A stretch of 64,000 bases of DNA from Eledone cirrhosa. Its lineage: Eukaryota. Numbering within the stretch: the first letter of the stretch is position 1; the number at the start of each line of letters is the position of its first letter. The position numbers and the translations under genes are program-made. Where the stretch lies: positions 20,150,001 to 20,214,000 of the forward strand of contig OZ024742.1 in assembly GCA_964016885.1 (NCBI GenBank), written 5' to 3'. The notes beneath the pieces are model-generated. The model was not told where the DNA came from, searched no databases, and was given only the letters and a program-made list of their open reading frames with translations. Positions 11,800 to 25,668 of the stretch are shown here, piece after piece.

Positions 11800-14700
11800 A
11801 ACGCAAACACTACCAGAAAACATACCCCTCCCACCCAACAAGGAAGACGCACCCCTTTCGTCGCAAGACGAAAAAGATCCCTTCCAAACAGTAAAAAGAA
11901 AGAAGAGGAGGCGCACCACAGACACACTTGTTAACTTTAACCCTCCCCAAGAGAACACGAACTATATACAAACCACCCCTCCCCGTCACACAACACTAAC
12001 TGCTACACAAAAAAAAAGACTTTACAATATACATACATGAACACAGACAACAAAGAACTACTGAAAACAATTTCAGCAAACCCTTCGGTCCAAACTGAAG
12101 GGCCTAACTTTATAACTGCTGTGGGACTACCTCATTTAAAAATGATTAAAGTCCCAATGAACTTTTATAAAACACTGAAAATAAATTTCACGGAGGACGT
12201 GGGCCCCCCCCCCCTGCGCCAAACCAATCAACCGCGTCCTCCTAAAAAATTTCACCACCCCACCCCACCCAGACACTCACTCAACAACAAACACCCCAAC
12301 CCCACAACACACTGATGCCCCTTCACTTCCACAAACCACCACCCCACCCAACAACCCATCCCCAACCAGCATGGAAATTGAGCGGCCCGTTTCCCGGGAT
12401 GCAGAGAGGTAAGTGCCTTTTCTCCTTACCACCAACATGGCTGTGCTAAGAGTAGGGTGTCTAAATGCGCGTGGCCTGGGCTCATCTTGGAAGCAAGCAA
12501 TGCTTCTAAATGACCTCAGGTCACAATCTATAAATGTGATGGTTATCTGCGAGGCCCGGATCAGCAGCATGCGACAGCTAGCCCCCACCTTTGACGACTT
12601 TGAGATGCACGCATCTCTCTGTCAGCCCGGAGGTAGGGGTGGGGTTGTCGTTCTGCTGCAAAAACATCTGAGTCTTGCCACACAGATAGTTCACTTGGAC
12701 CCAGGGGGTCGACTGGTGGTGTTGGACCTTGGCAGTGGTGAAGGTGGAGCCTTTAGGCTGGTAGCCGCATATGCCCCTTTTGGGACAGAGCGGCCCGACT
12801 TTTTCCAGCGTCTGGAGTCTTTTCTAGGGACGTCCCGTTCCCTGCTTTTAGTGAGGGACTGGAATGGTATCCTGGATGCACGTTGGGACTATGCAGAGGC
12901 ACATCCCGATAGAGAGGGGTGCAACAGCCTCAAGGGGTTACTCGGCCGATTTGACCTGGCCGATAGATTTCGACTAGATTTTCCGACGGTGCCAACCTGG
13001 TCTTGGTCAAATCGCAGCGGATCATCTAGGTCGTACCTAGATAGATTTTTAGTTAGAAATAAGGACAGGGACTTTTTAAGTTGTCCAGAAATGCTTATGG
13101 TTGGCTATTCAGAACACAAGTTGGTGACCTGCATGGTCAACCTTGATAGAACGCATAGACAGGGCCCCGGTTACTGGAAGCTCAACTTGTCCTTGGCGGC
13201 AAGTAGAGCTTACAGGGATCGGATTAGTACGTTAGTTAAGGAACGGTTGACTGCAGCGATCGTCAACAGCAGGTGGCGGGTATCTCTAAAGAGAGAGATT
13301 AGAGTAGTCTCGATAGAATTTAGTAAGGTTCTAGCTGCGGATAGGAATAGGAAGGAAAGGGAGCTAATAGATAGAGTAGAAGAGGCAATTAGAAGCGGCG
13401 ACGTGGCCAGAGTGCTAGCGTCGAGAACGGCTTTGAGCCAGTTTTTCGACGCAAAGCACGAAGGCTGCGTTGTCCGAAGTAAAATACGTGCTCTAGGGAA
13501 CGAGGGGACCAAAGCTGTTAGCTGGGCCCGCGTGACAGAGGCCAAGAGTGGAACTAAATCCACCATCCGGTCTATGCGAGACCAGGATGGACGGGCGATT
13601 CTTGAGCCTAAGCAGATGTGTGAGGCCTTTCAAAGGCACTTTGCCCGACTGTTCGGAAGGGGCGGGGAGCCGGTTGGGGATGTGGACTTCGGTCCATACC
13701 TCGACGGCCTGCCGCGTCTCTCGGACAGGGAGGCGAAGTCCTGCGAGAAGCCGATTTCGGCCGCTGAGATAGAGGACGTGCTGAGCCAATGCGGCAAACG
13801 CAAATCCCCGGGTCTCGATGGTCTTCCATACGAATTATATCTAGCTATGCCGGACTTGTTCCCCGATCTCCCCGAGGCGGTCTACTGCAACTGGCAACAG
13901 AACGGGAGAATTCCCTGTACTGTGACCAAGGGCGTAATCACGCTAGTGAGGAAGGGTGAGAACAAGGGGGACGAAATAAGTAACTTCAGGCCCATAACTC
14001 TGCTAAATACAGAGTTACAGATTTTGGCCAAGGTGCTAGCAAAGAGGATGGCGCTTGTCGTGGGCAACCTGGTGGGAGATGCGCAGACATGTGCTATCCC
14101 GTCCAGGTCCATCCATGACAACCTCCACCTCATGCGATACATCATAGAGAGGGTTGGGAACGAACCCGGCTTTGGTGGGGCTCTGATCAACTTGGATCAA
14201 TCTAAGGCGTTCGATAGGGTCGACCATGGTTACCTGGATGCGGTGCTAGCGGCGGCAGGCTTCGGACCCGTTTTCAGGGGCTGGATCACTGCTATGCACA
14301 GCAGCCGCATCTACTCTAGGGTCAAGGTGAACGGCTACCTCTCGCAGCCTTTCAAAATCGCGCGGTCCATCCGACAAGGGTGCCCTCTCTCCTCCCTTCT
14401 GTATGTCTTGACTCTCGAGCCACTACTGCGGAAGTTGGAGTTGTTGCAGGGCATCCCTTTGGAACCGGGATTGCGGAAAGCGGTGTCGGCCTACGCCGAT
14501 GACGTGACAGTAATGGTGTCGACGGCCTCCGAAATCGGGGCGGTCGGCACCTTACTGGAGGAGTACGAAAGGTTCACAGGGGCTAAGCTGAACCGGGACA
14601 AGTCGATCGGTTTGCAACTCGGCACGTGGAGGGGCAGACCGATGCCCTCCGATGGCGTCGTCGGACGCTGGACGGAGGGCCCGGTGAAGTTGCTCGGGGT

Positions 14701-16089
14701 CTGGTTCGGACCAGACCTCCAGGTGGAGAAGAACTGGGCGGAGGTTACGAACAGAGTGTTTGCACTGACCCAGAAGTGGGCCAGTTGCAAACTATCCCTG
14801 AAAGGTCGGGCGGAGGTGGCGAACACCTATATAGCGTCCGTCATCTACTACCGCCTGACCGTAGTGCCTTGCCCAAGGGAAACCCTCGCCACGATGGAGC
14901 GCGCGCACTTCCAATTCCTTTGGAAGAGGCGGGCTCCCTTGGTGAGGAGATCCATCTGCTGTCAACACCCTTCGAAAGGAGGGCTGGGGATGCCGTGGCT
15001 AATGATGCGTAAACACGCACTAAGGCTACGGCACCTCCACGTATTCCTCACCGGTCAACCGGTGTGGGCCTCGTTTGTGAGACGAACCTTTCCCAGACTC
15101 GTCTCACTCACCGAGCTGCAATCCTAGGTCAAGCAAAGACCGAGAAAACTGGGCGCCTGGCACACTGGGTGTGCCCAGGCGCTCACCGCCCTCTGGCAGG
15201 CGGATCCGGTTATCAGTGGAGACTCCACCGCAACATTCTATAGAGGGCTGGTACGCAGCAGGTGCGACGACGCCCTCGGAGAACCCTAGACATGGAGGAG
15301 GACGAACTGGCCAGCCTGTTCGGTAGGACATTCAGCCCGGGACCTATGGACAACTTCCAAAAGTCCCTGGCCTGGCAGTGCTACCGAGGGGCTCTACCCG
15401 TTCGAGAAAAGCTCTACAGACACGGGCGCCCGGGTAGGGATCCCGCCAAAAAGATCTGTCCCAGATGCGTGTGCGACGAGGAAACCGTTGCACACGCATT
15501 GGTACACTGCTCGGGCGTAGCCGATCTGTGGGGTGGGACCGATCCGGTTGACCACCGAGTCTATTGTAATGATCAAGCCGCCTCCCCCCTTCAAAGATGA
15601 AGGAGAGGCGGTGTTTCTGTGCGTAATAGCCATGGTGAAAGAGGTTGTATGGTGGACGCGTCTGAAAGGACTCGGGTCAGGCACCTTTCTCTCTGGCCAA
15701 CAACTGGTCCGTTTCTTCCGATATCATTTCGGAAGAAGGATCAGGATGGAGAGAGAGGTGCTCCACCCCAGTCGTTTTTATGAAAGATGGGTGAAAGTGG
15801 CGAGAATGGCCCGTTTGAATGGGCCTTCTTTTTACATAAGCCTGTAGGTGGAAAAGAGGAAGGAACGGGGGAGCACCCCCTCTCTGTGCTCCTGAGGAGA
15901 AGGGTTGCACACTTTTTTCGGGCCTCCTCTCTATTGAGGATTTTGTTTTAAATTTTATTTTTTGTTATATGTTATTTTATTTTTATATATTGTTATTGCC
16001 TCCTCCCTATTGAGGACGCCTTGTTTTGTGTAAACTCCCCCCATTGTACTTGTCCCACTTTTGATGCCCTGGTGGCAAATAAAAGAAAC
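11800..16089 (+). mobile_element. L1/Tx1-clade non-LTR retrotransposon copy A (ORF1 3' remnant, ORF2 and 3' UTR)
   Basis: Pro/Thr-rich ORF1 tail ending TAA ~12412, then ORF2, a T-rich 3' UTR, AATAAA and (TCTA)n. Confidence 0.9.
12437..15847 (+). pseudogene. Tx1-like ORF2: APE endonuclease, reverse transcriptase and C-terminal Cys/His finger; disrupted
   Basis: LNARGL, DWNG, SYLDRF, YSEH (EN); KSPGLDG, FRPITLLN, DQSKAFDRV, RQGCPLS, YADD (RT); CPRC...ETVAHALVHC. Premature TAG at 15125-15127 and later indels. Confidence 0.93.
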
Positions 16090-16090
16090 A

Positions 16091-16130
<40 letters not shown>

Positions 16131-16132
<2 letters not shown>

Positions 16133-18023
16133 GGGTCGACCATCGATACTTGGAAGCGGTTTTCAAGGCGGCCGGTTTCGGTCCCGTGTTCAGAGGATGG
16201 ATCGAGGCGATGCACACCAGCATCTGCTCGAGGGTCAAGGTGAACGGCTACCTATCGGAGCCGTTCGCAATCACGCGTTCCATTCGACAGGGATGCCCTC
16301 TCTCCTCCATTCTGTATGTATTGACTCTAGAGCCACTACTGAGGAAATTGGAGCTGTTGCAGGGCATCCCCCTAGAACCGGGACTGCGCAAAGCGGCGTC
16401 GGCTTATGCCGACGACGTTACAGTAATGGTGTCGAGCACCTCGGAAATCAGGGTGATCGGCAACTTACTGAAAGAATACGAAACGCTGACGGGAGCAAAA
16501 CTAAACCCATACAAGTCTGTCGGTTTGCAACTCGGTACGTGGAGAGGCAAACCGATGACATCCGACAGCGTCGTTGGACGCTGGACGGACGGACCGGTGA
16601 AATTGCTCGGGGTCTGGTTCGGTCCAGACCTCCAGGTGGAGAAAAACTGGAACGAGGTCACGGCCAAGGTGTTTGCACTCACTCAGAAGTGGGCAGAGTG
16701 CAAACTGTCCTTGAAAGGTCGAGCGGAGGTGGCGAACACTTTCATAGCGTCCGTCATCTACTACCGCTTGACTGTCGTGCCTTGTCCCCGTGAACACCTC
16801 GCCAAGATGGAACGCATGCTCTTCCAGTTTCTGTGGAAGAAGCAGGCTCCGCTGGTGAGGAGATCCGTCTGCTGTCAGCACCCTTCCAACGGAGGGCTGG
16901 GAATGCCGTGGCTGATGATGCGCAAACATGCGCTGAGGCTACGGCATCTCCAGGTATTCCTCACCGACCCCCAACCGGTGTGGGCACCGTTTGTGAGACA
17001 GGCTTTCCCACAGCTCGTCTCGCTAACGGAGCTGCAGTCCTGGGTGAAGAAAAGACCGAAAACGATGGGCGCCTGACACATTGAATGCACTCAGGCGCTC
17101 ACAGTCCTCTGACAAGCGGGCGCAGCAATCAGTGGAGACTCCACTTCGACATTCTATAGAGGGATTGTACGTTACAAGGGCGACGACGTGCTCGGAGAGA
17201 CTCTGGGCGTCGAAGACGATGAGCTCACCAGTATGTTTGGTAGGACTTTCCGCCCGGGACCTATGGACAACTTCCAGAGGTCCCTGGCCTGGCAGTGCTA
17301 CCGAGGAGCTCTACCGGTTCGTGACAAGATCTACAGGCACGGACGCCCTGGCAGGGATCCTTCCAAGAGGACGTGTCCAAGATGTGCGCAGGACATTGAA
17401 ACAGTTCTGCACGCAATTGTACACTGCCCGGGCGTAAGCGACCTGTGGAACTATGCAGAACAACTGCTGTCGCGTATGGGACAAATACAGTTGACTGCCG
17501 AGTCCATAGTAAGGATCAAACCGCCAGACTCTTTCAAAAACGAAAGAGAGGCGGTTTTCCTCTGTACGGTGGCTATGGTGAAAGAAGTTATATGGTGGAC
17601 GAGGTTGAGAGGACTGAGGACAGATGCCTTTCTCTCCGGACAACAATTGATTCCATTCTTTAAGTATCACTTTAGAAGGAGAATCAGGGTGGAGAGAGAG
17701 GCACTGCACCCCAGTAAATTTACTGAAAGGTGGGTGAATGAAGCGAAAATGGCCCGAGTGATTGGGCCTTCTCTGTTTATAAGCCTGTAGGTTGAGGAAG
17801 AGAGCAAAAGGAAGAAAGGAGCACTTGCACAACACGCTCCTTGAGTTGAGGGTTGTTCTATCGACGGGGTATTAAACAACCCATTTGTAACGCCTCCCCC
17901 CTATTGGGGATTTCGATTGTTGAAATTGTTTGTTTTTATATTTTTTACACGACTGTATGTAAAATCCCCGGCATGTCTTTGTATTGTCCCCTTTCTTGTT
18001 GCGCCCTTGTGGCTAATAAAGAA

Positions 18024-18024
<1 letters not shown>
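16131..18024 (+). mobile_element. 5'-truncated Tx1-like copy B (RT to 3' UTR)
   Basis: RQGCPLS, YADD, CPRC finger; ORF end at 17790; in-frame TGA stops near 17074 and 17110; (TCTA)n on both sides. Confidence 0.92.
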
Positions 18025-18072
<48 letters not shown>

Positions 18073-18074
<2 letters not shown>

Positions 18075-19268
18075 CAATTCCTTTGGAAGAGGCGGACTCC
18101 TTTCGTGAGAAGATCCATCTGCTGCCAACACCCTTCCAACGGAGGGTTGGGGATGCCGTGGCTGACGATGCGCAAATACGCGCTCAGGCTGCGGCATCTT
18201 TACGTATTCCTCACCGGACAACCGGTGTGGGCCCCGTTCGTGAGGCGAGCCTTCCCACGACTCGTCTCGCTGACCGAACTGCAGTCCTGGGTCAAGCAAA
18301 GACCGAGGAAAATGGGCGACTGGCACATCGAATGTGCTCAGGTGCTCACTGCCCTTTGGCAGGCGGACCCGGCGATCAGTGGAGACTCCACTTCGTCATT
18401 CTATAGAGGGTTGATCCGCAGCAAGTGCGACGACGTGCTCGGTGAAACTCTAGGCGTAGAAGAAGACGAACTGGCCAGTCTGTTCGGTAGGACCTTCTGC
18501 CCGGGACCGATAGACAACTTCCAAAAGTCCCTGGCCTGGCTGTGCTACCGAGGAGCTCTACCAGTTCGAGACAAGTTCTACAGACATGGGCGCCCGGGCA
18601 CGGACCCTTCGAAAAAGATCTGTCCGAGGTGCGTGCGAGACGAAGAAACCGTCGCATTCATACACTGCCCGGGCGTTACCGACCTGTGGGGCTATGTAGA
18701 ACGACTATTGTCGCGGGTGGGACCAATCCGGTTGACCACCGAGTCCATTGTCATGATCAAACCGCCACCCTCCTTCAAAAACGAAGGAGAGGAGGTTTTT
18801 CTTTGTGTGATAGCTATGGCGAAAGAGGTTGTATGGTGGACAAGGTTGAAAGGGCTGAGGTCAGATACCTTTCTCTCCGGCCAACAACTGATTCTTTTTT
18901 TCAAATACCACTTTGGAAGATGAATCAGGATGGAGAGAGAGGTGCTGTACCGCAGCAAGTTTTATGAAAGGTGGGTCAAAGTGGCGAGAATGGCCCGAGT
19001 GAATGGGCCTTCTCTCTATATCAGCCTGTAGGTTGAGGAAAAAGAGTAAGAGAGGAAAGGGGTACAAACTCTTCGTACTCCTAGAGATGAGGGCTGCACA
19101 TTTTTTCGGGGGTATGTGTTACCCATATGTAATGTCTCCCCCTATTGGGGAAAATCGACTAATTTTTAAATTGCATTTGTGATAATATTTTAAACGTTTT
19201 TATTGTATGTAAACTTCCCCCTTTGTATTTGTCCCCTTCTGTTGTGCCCCTGTGGCTAATAAAGAAAC
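18073..19268 (+). mobile_element. 5'-truncated Tx1-like copy C
   Basis: FLWKRR...GGLGMP...CPRC; ORF end ~19031; distinct 3' UTR; (TCTA)n on both sides. Confidence 0.92.
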
Positions 19269-19320
<52 letters not shown>

Positions 19321-19326
19321 ATCTAT

Positions 19327-19434
19327 ATGAAGCGAAAATGGCCCGAGTGATTGGGCCTTCTCTGTTTATAAGCCTGTAGGTTGAGGAAGAGAGCAAAAGG
19401 AAGAAACGAGCACTTGCACAGGAGAGGAGCACTT
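19327..19434 (+). mobile_element. Short Tx1-like fragment D (copy B type), fused to a PLE 3' UTR
   Basis: Matches 17738-17830. Confidence 0.85.
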
Positions 19435-19506
19435 GTGTGACACACAAAAACAAGATGGCGTAGGACAGAACACAGGAGAGGCATAAAACAAAGAAAAGAA
19501 TCCCCA

Positions 19507-19549
19507 GTCACTGAAGAGGTCACAGAATGTGTGACGAAAGAACTTTGAC
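19507..19549 (+). ncRNA. Minimal type I hammerhead in a PLE 3' UTR fragment (19435-19685)
   Basis: GTCA-CTGAAGA-G-GTCACA gaatg TGTGAC-GAAA-GAAC-TT-TGAC; same motif at 59596-59638. Confidence 0.75.
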
Positions 19550-19687
19550 AATATATGCACAACCGTCCGGTTATGGAAGCAACCAACCAACCGGAAATTT
19601 ATAAAATTAATTCATAATAAATTGGAGTGAAAACAACTGGTGCGTGTGTTTCTTATTGGCAACATGACCCTCCCAAAGCATAATAAT

Positions 19688-19698
19688 ATCTATATCTA

Positions 19699-19760
<62 letters not shown>

Positions 19761-19894
19761 TAGATATATATATATAGATAGATATATAGAGATATATATA
19801 TAGATATATATATATAGATATAGATATATATAGATATATATATAGATATAGATATATATAGATATATATATAGATGTAGATATATATATATATA

Positions 19895-19972
<78 letters not shown>

Positions 19973-20072
19973 TGTAGATATATATATATATATAGATGTA
20001 GATATAGATATATATATAGATGTAGATATATATATATATATAGATGTAGATATATATATATATATATATAGT

Positions 20073-20160
<88 letters not shown>

Positions 20161-20197
20161 TGTAGATATATATATATATATATAGATATATAGATAT
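19688..20197. repeat. (TA)n/(TAGA)n microsatellite, representative of dozens of such tracts (e.g. 36365-36870, 40556-41055, 50468-51033, 60563-61312)
   Basis: Direct reading. Confidence 0.97.
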
Positions 20198-20566
20198 CAT
20201 AAAACATGTCTATAGAATCACCAGATAAAATATATACCATTTCCTCTCCCAATTAGCATAATTAACCATATAAAAAATCGATTAGACCAAGCTATAAGAA
20301 TAAAGGCTTCTATGAAGAAATCTCCGACAAATAACCGAAAGCAGCCCTTCGTGCTGGCTGCGACGGAGTATTTATCGAGTATTTCGACAGCGTGTATAAA
20401 TCGCTCAGATATACAGTCAACCAAACAGAATTAGGTGTAAAATAAACTAGGAGAAAAGTGAACATATTTAGTTAACTCTACCATGGTATATATACAGTAA
20501 TAATAGTAATAATAATAAATTTGAAGACTAAAAGCAGCGATTCTTTGCTTAAACTTTAATCTGTTA

Positions 20567-20645
<79 letters not shown>

Positions 20646-20658
20646 ATAGATAGATAGA

Positions 20659-20718
<60 letters not shown>

Positions 20719-20723
20719 TATAT

Positions 20724-20758
<35 letters not shown>

Positions 20759-20857
20759 TATATAGATATATAGATAGATATATATAGATATATAGATATA
20801 TATATATATATATATATATATAGATATATAGATAGATAGATAGATAGATATATATAC

Positions 20858-20958
<101 letters not shown>

Positions 20959-21070
20959 TAAGAGGAATTCCAACTTTGTCTGATTTACTCGTTTTATTTA
21001 CAATCCTTTAAAATATATAATGGTATTATAATGAAATAGTATGATAGAATATTAAATTCTAAGTGTTAAT

Positions 21071-21109
21071 TGAACAAGTACTTTCATGCTTTCGCAATCT
21101 TCAGGTTCA
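21071..21109 (-). ncRNA. Minimal type I hammerhead ribozyme in the PLE 3' UTR/pLTR
   Basis: Minus strand: TGAAC-CTGAAGA-TTGC GAAA GCAT-GAAA-GTAC-TT-GTTCA; palindrome AAGTACTT; ~385 nt downstream of the PLE stop codon. Confidence 0.85.
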
Positions 21110-21492
21110 TAATATGTGGTGACAGTCGAGTTTGCAATTTTCAACTGTAATGAGATGGGTAAATTTCCTAACTTTTATACATTTTATACAGAGAAAAGTG
21201 GCGCCAGAGTGCTAAGCCCTGTAAACTGTATTTCGACCAATCAGTGTGTAGTTTCACTGAATTACTAAAGCTGATTGGTTTAAGCGTCACGGCTGGTTGA
21301 GCATGCTAACGACCAATGATCATATCCAAAGCATCAATTGTTTTGCTATTTTTAGAAATGATGAAAATAGCATTTTCTATTAATCATCACCATCAACATC
21401 ACTTTTATTATTATTATTATTGTTGTTGTTGTTGTTGTTGTTGTTAGTGGTCGTGGTCATAGTGGTAGTAGAAGTAATGCCCCTAAGCGTTA

Positions 21493-23175
21493 TTATTGTT
21501 CGTTTAGCTTAGGTTTGAATTTATCAATAAAATTCTTTTCTTTGATTTTTCTCTTGATTTCACTTGGGCTGTGTAATTTGTAGAATGGGAATATTATAAA
21601 TATTCCCTGACCACATGTTGCCAGGTGGCCGCTTAGGGGTATCTGACGGACATTTGGGTCTTTGATTTGTTGACGGTGTACTCGTGCACGTTCCGATAGT
21701 GCATTTCCAGTTTGACCGACATATAGTTCTTCACAATTCGGGCATTTAATGCAGTAAATTAGATTTCTGCTTTTGCAGTTCATATTTGCATTTGGGAATA
21801 TTTTTCCAGTTTTTGTTTTCATATATTGACCGGCGTGTATGGATTGACATGTGCCGCATCGACTATCATTGCATTTAGATACAGTGAATGATTGGTCTTT
21901 GTTGTTAAGGTCAAACTTTGCTTTTGTTAGTAATTGCTTCAAATTTTTTGGCTGTCTTTTACTAAGAGTCAAAGATCGATCTGTGATTAAGCCTTTTAAT
22001 TCATTACTTTGAGCAATGATCGGTAGCTTTGCTTTGGTAGTGTTGAAGATATTCTGGTGACATGGGTTGTGTGTCATTATAAATGGTATGACCAGTTCTT
22101 GGTTTCTTCTTCCTTGGGTTGTTCTAAGTTGTTGTATAGGTATTTTTATAGCCCACTGTATGCCATTTTCTATAAGTAGAGATGGGTATTTTTGTTTGAG
22201 CAAAAATTCTCTTAGTTCTGTTAGGCGTTTGTACCTGGTATTCGTATCTTCTACAATGGTACAAATTCTTCTGGCTAGGCAGTATGGGATGTTGCGTTTT
22301 GTATGAGGTGGATGGCACGACTTAAAATTCAGATATTGATGGGTGTCTGTGTGTTTATAATATATATCCGTGGTAATGGTGGTGTCGTTTTTGATTATCA
22401 TTATATCTAGGAATGGTAATTTGGTCCTACTCATCTCTTTTGTGAATTGGAGAGATGGGTGTAGGTTATTCAGGAGGATATTGAACTCATCCAGAGTATC
22501 TAGAGATTCTGTCCAGATGATGAAACAGTCGTCAAGGTATCTCTTCCAAGATTTTTCAATGTACTTTCTAAAGTCAGTACTATATTTTTCCTCTATTTCT
22601 TGGTAGAGTTGTTGTTCTAAGTATCCCATTACAGAGTTCGCGTAAACGGGAGCAAACTTCGTTCCCATAGCTGTGCCTCTAATTTGGATGTAATTCTTTC
22701 CATTGAAGAAGAAAGTGTTGTTTTCCAGAATAAGTTTAACTGCGTCTAATATAAATGGCGCTGTGAATCTAATGGGAATCACTTCTCTATGTTTTTCCAC
22801 CCAGTATTTAACCGCCTTTATTCCTAAATCATGTGTAATGTTGGTGTAAAGGCTTACCACATCAAATCTGACTAGAAGTGAATTCGTTTCCGTGGTTTTG
22901 GGAAGATGGGACAGGAAGTCGATATCATCCCGGATGAAACAGGGTATGTGAATACATAGTGGTTTCAAAATAATGTCAACAAAATTGCTTAGACGGTGGG
23001 TGGGGCATGTTGGACCAGCTATAATAGGTCTAAGTTTTAAGTCTTTTGGGTGTAATAATTTAATGTACTCACTGTTTTGTTCTCTTACTGCCAGTTGTAT
23101 TTCTTTTGACTTATGAACTTTCGGTAGGCCATACAGGTTGCTGGGTTTCGGCTCAAAATTGGTGATGTAGTCTCT
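21493..23175 (-). CDS. Penelope-like element (Neptune-like) RT plus GIY-YIG endonuclease, 5'-truncated but open over ~560 codons
   Basis: [41 protein letters not shown], CxxxxCxxC linker, [16 protein letters not shown]. Frame reads open upstream of the 22968 track start. Confidence 0.93.
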   Translation of the reverse strand, partial: RDYITNFEPKPSNLYGLPKVHKSKEIQLAVREQNSEYIKLLHPKDLKLRPIIAGPTCPTHRLSNFVDIILKPLCIHIPCFIRDDIDFLSHLPKTTETNSLLVRFDVVSLYTNITHDLGIKAVKYWVEKHREVIPIRFTAPFILDAVKLILENNTFFFNGKNYIQIRGTAMGTKFAPVYANSVMGYLEQQLYQEIEEKYSTDFRKYIEKSWKRYLDDCFIIWTESLDTLDEFNILLNNLHPSLQFTKEMSRTKLPFLDIMIIKNDTTITTDIYYKHTDTHQYLNFKSCHPPHTKRNIPYCLARRICTIVEDTNTRYKRLTELREFLLKQKYPSLLIENGIQWAIKIPIQQLRTTQGRRNQELVIPFIMTHNPCHQNIFNTTKAKLPIIAQSNELKGLITDRSLTLSKRQPKNLKQLLTKAKFDLNNKDQSFTVSKCNDSRCGTCQSIHAGQYMKTKTGKIFPNANMNCKSRNLIYCIKCPNCEELYVGQTGNALSERARVHRQQIKDPNVRQIPLSGHLATCGQGIFIIFPFYKLHSPSEIKRKIKEKNFIDKFKPKLNEQ

Positions 23176-23212
23176 TTATACACAATCATACACACCCGTG
23201 TATATTTACCTA

Positions 23213-23339
<127 letters not shown>

Positions 23340-23396
23340 TATATATATATATATATACATACATATATATATATACACATATATATATATATAGAG

Positions 23397-23914
23397 AGAG
23401 AAAATTGAGGTTGGTAATGGCACATGGAATATATAAGAGACAGAATACTTTTTTGTGAAAAAACATAATTTTATAAGGTAAGGAAATAATAAAGGGTATA
23501 AAAAATGACCGGTTTCGATGGGTCTGCAAAAGCCATCTTTTCAAATGTTGATTAATATTAAGAAAAATTAATAATACGAAGAGTTAAAATTTGAGACTTG
23601 AAAATTCAAGTATAAAATTCATTGTGGGATTTCATAGCAGTTTTCATCTAGGTAGCTACCTAGATGAAAACTGCTATGAAATCCCACAATGAATTTTATA
23701 CTTGAATTTTCAAGTCTCAAATTTTAACTCTTCGTATTATTAATTTTTCTTAATATTAATCAACATTTGAAAAGATGGCTTTTGCAGACCCATCGAAACC
23801 GGTCATTTTTTATACCCTTTATTATTTCCTTACCTTATAAAATTATGTTTTTTCACAAAAAAGTATTCTGTCTCTTATATATTCCATGTGCCATTACCAA
23901 CCTCAATTTTCTCT
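23397..23914. repeat. Perfect 518-bp fold-back palindrome carrying mirrored HHRs
   Basis: Centre ggtag|ctacc at 23655/23656; 259-bp arms. Confidence 0.95.
23762..23809 (+). ncRNA. Type I hammerhead, U3-A8 variant (mirror copy 23502-23549, minus strand)
   Basis: AACAT-TTGAAAA-GATGG cttttgcagac CCATC-GAAA-CCGG-TC-ATTTT. Confidence 0.72.
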
Positions 23915-23945
23915 ATAACCTTCGTTTTGTGTAGAAAATTACACT

Positions 23946-24424
<479 letters not shown>

Positions 24425-24558
24425 TATATAGATATAGATAGGTAAATATACACGGGTGTGTATGATTGTGTATAAAGAGACTACATCACCAATTTTGAGC
24501 CGAAACCCAGCAACCTGTATGGCCTACCGAAAGTTCATAAATCAAAAGAAATACAACT

Positions 24559-24596
<38 letters not shown>

Positions 24597-24659
24597 GATA
24601 TATACATAGATATATATATATATATATATAGAGATATATACATAGATATATATATATAA

Positions 24660-24755
<96 letters not shown>

Positions 24756-24865
24756 GTACATAGATATATATATATATATAAATAGATATATATATATAGA
24801 TATATAGATATATATATATATATACAGATATATATATATATATATATATCTATATAATATATAAG

Positions 24866-25224
24866 AACAAAAGATGGGTAAAAGAGTTCCATGTATTTTA
24901 TTATGCGCATTTCAAAAACAAATATCATCATGCTATAATATTTGTGTTTTCATCAGATAAAACATGAAGACATAATATGAAGGTTAAAAAACACTTGTGG
25001 ATGTTTTTTAACCTTCATATCATGTCTTCCTGTTTTATCTGATGAAAACACAAATATTATTGCATGATGATATTTGTTTTTGAAATGCGCATAATAAAAT
25101 ACATGGAACTCTTTTAACCATCTTTTGTTGTTATATATTATGTATACTCCAGTCCTACAAATTGTAGAGTGCTTCTTATCCGATATCTGCATTACTTTAT
25201 TGTACTACAATAAAACTCACCTCC

Positions 25225-25227
<3 letters not shown>
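24866..25227. mobile_element. Fold-back PLE 3'-end fragment, same family as 53112-55680
   Basis: 24866-24993 is inverted relative to 25002-25129; the right arm continues to 25227. Confidence 0.85.
25033..25099 (+). ncRNA. Type I hammerhead ribozyme (mirror copy 24896-24962, minus strand)
   Basis: TTTTAT-CTGATGA-long stem II-GAAA-TGCGCA-TA-ATAAAA. Confidence 0.85.
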
Positions 25228-25316
<89 letters not shown>

Positions 25317-25349
25317 CTACATATATATATCTATATCTATATATATATA

Positions 25350-25471
<122 letters not shown>

Positions 25472-25613
25472 GAGTATATGTTGGTTGTATACCAACACCT
25501 CAGTATGCAGCCTGGAGCACTCGACGAAGTGTGCAGGTTGGTTTGGTTACTCCGGAGTAATGTAAAATAAAGTAAAATAAAAGTCAAATGTTTAAAATTT
25601 AGCTTCGTTTATT

Positions 25614-25668
25614 ACTGCTATATATATTTCGGTGACAGCCATCTTTGGCTGTGACCTCTTCAGGCAGT
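25614..25668 (-). ncRNA. Type I hammerhead ribozyme in the PLE 3' UTR
   Basis: Minus strand: ACTGC-CTGAAGA-GGTCACAGCCA aaga TGGCTGTCACC-GAAA-TATATA-TA-GCAGT. Confidence 0.88.

Noticed and set aside
13210-14826. Antisense and overlapping ORFs within Tx1 ORF2, and similar ones in the CR1/PLE regions
   Set aside because: Shadow frames of GC-richer coding DNA with no motifs
17074-17112. In-frame TGA codons as selenocysteine or alternative-code Trp
   Set aside because: They fall at Trp positions that are TGG in sister copies, and copy A has TAG at another Trp; ordinary G-to-A decay
20305-20370. Hammerhead-like ATGAAGA...GAAA-GCAGCC..GGCTGC
   Set aside because: No C3, no stem II pairing, and GA instead of TH; at best a decayed remnant
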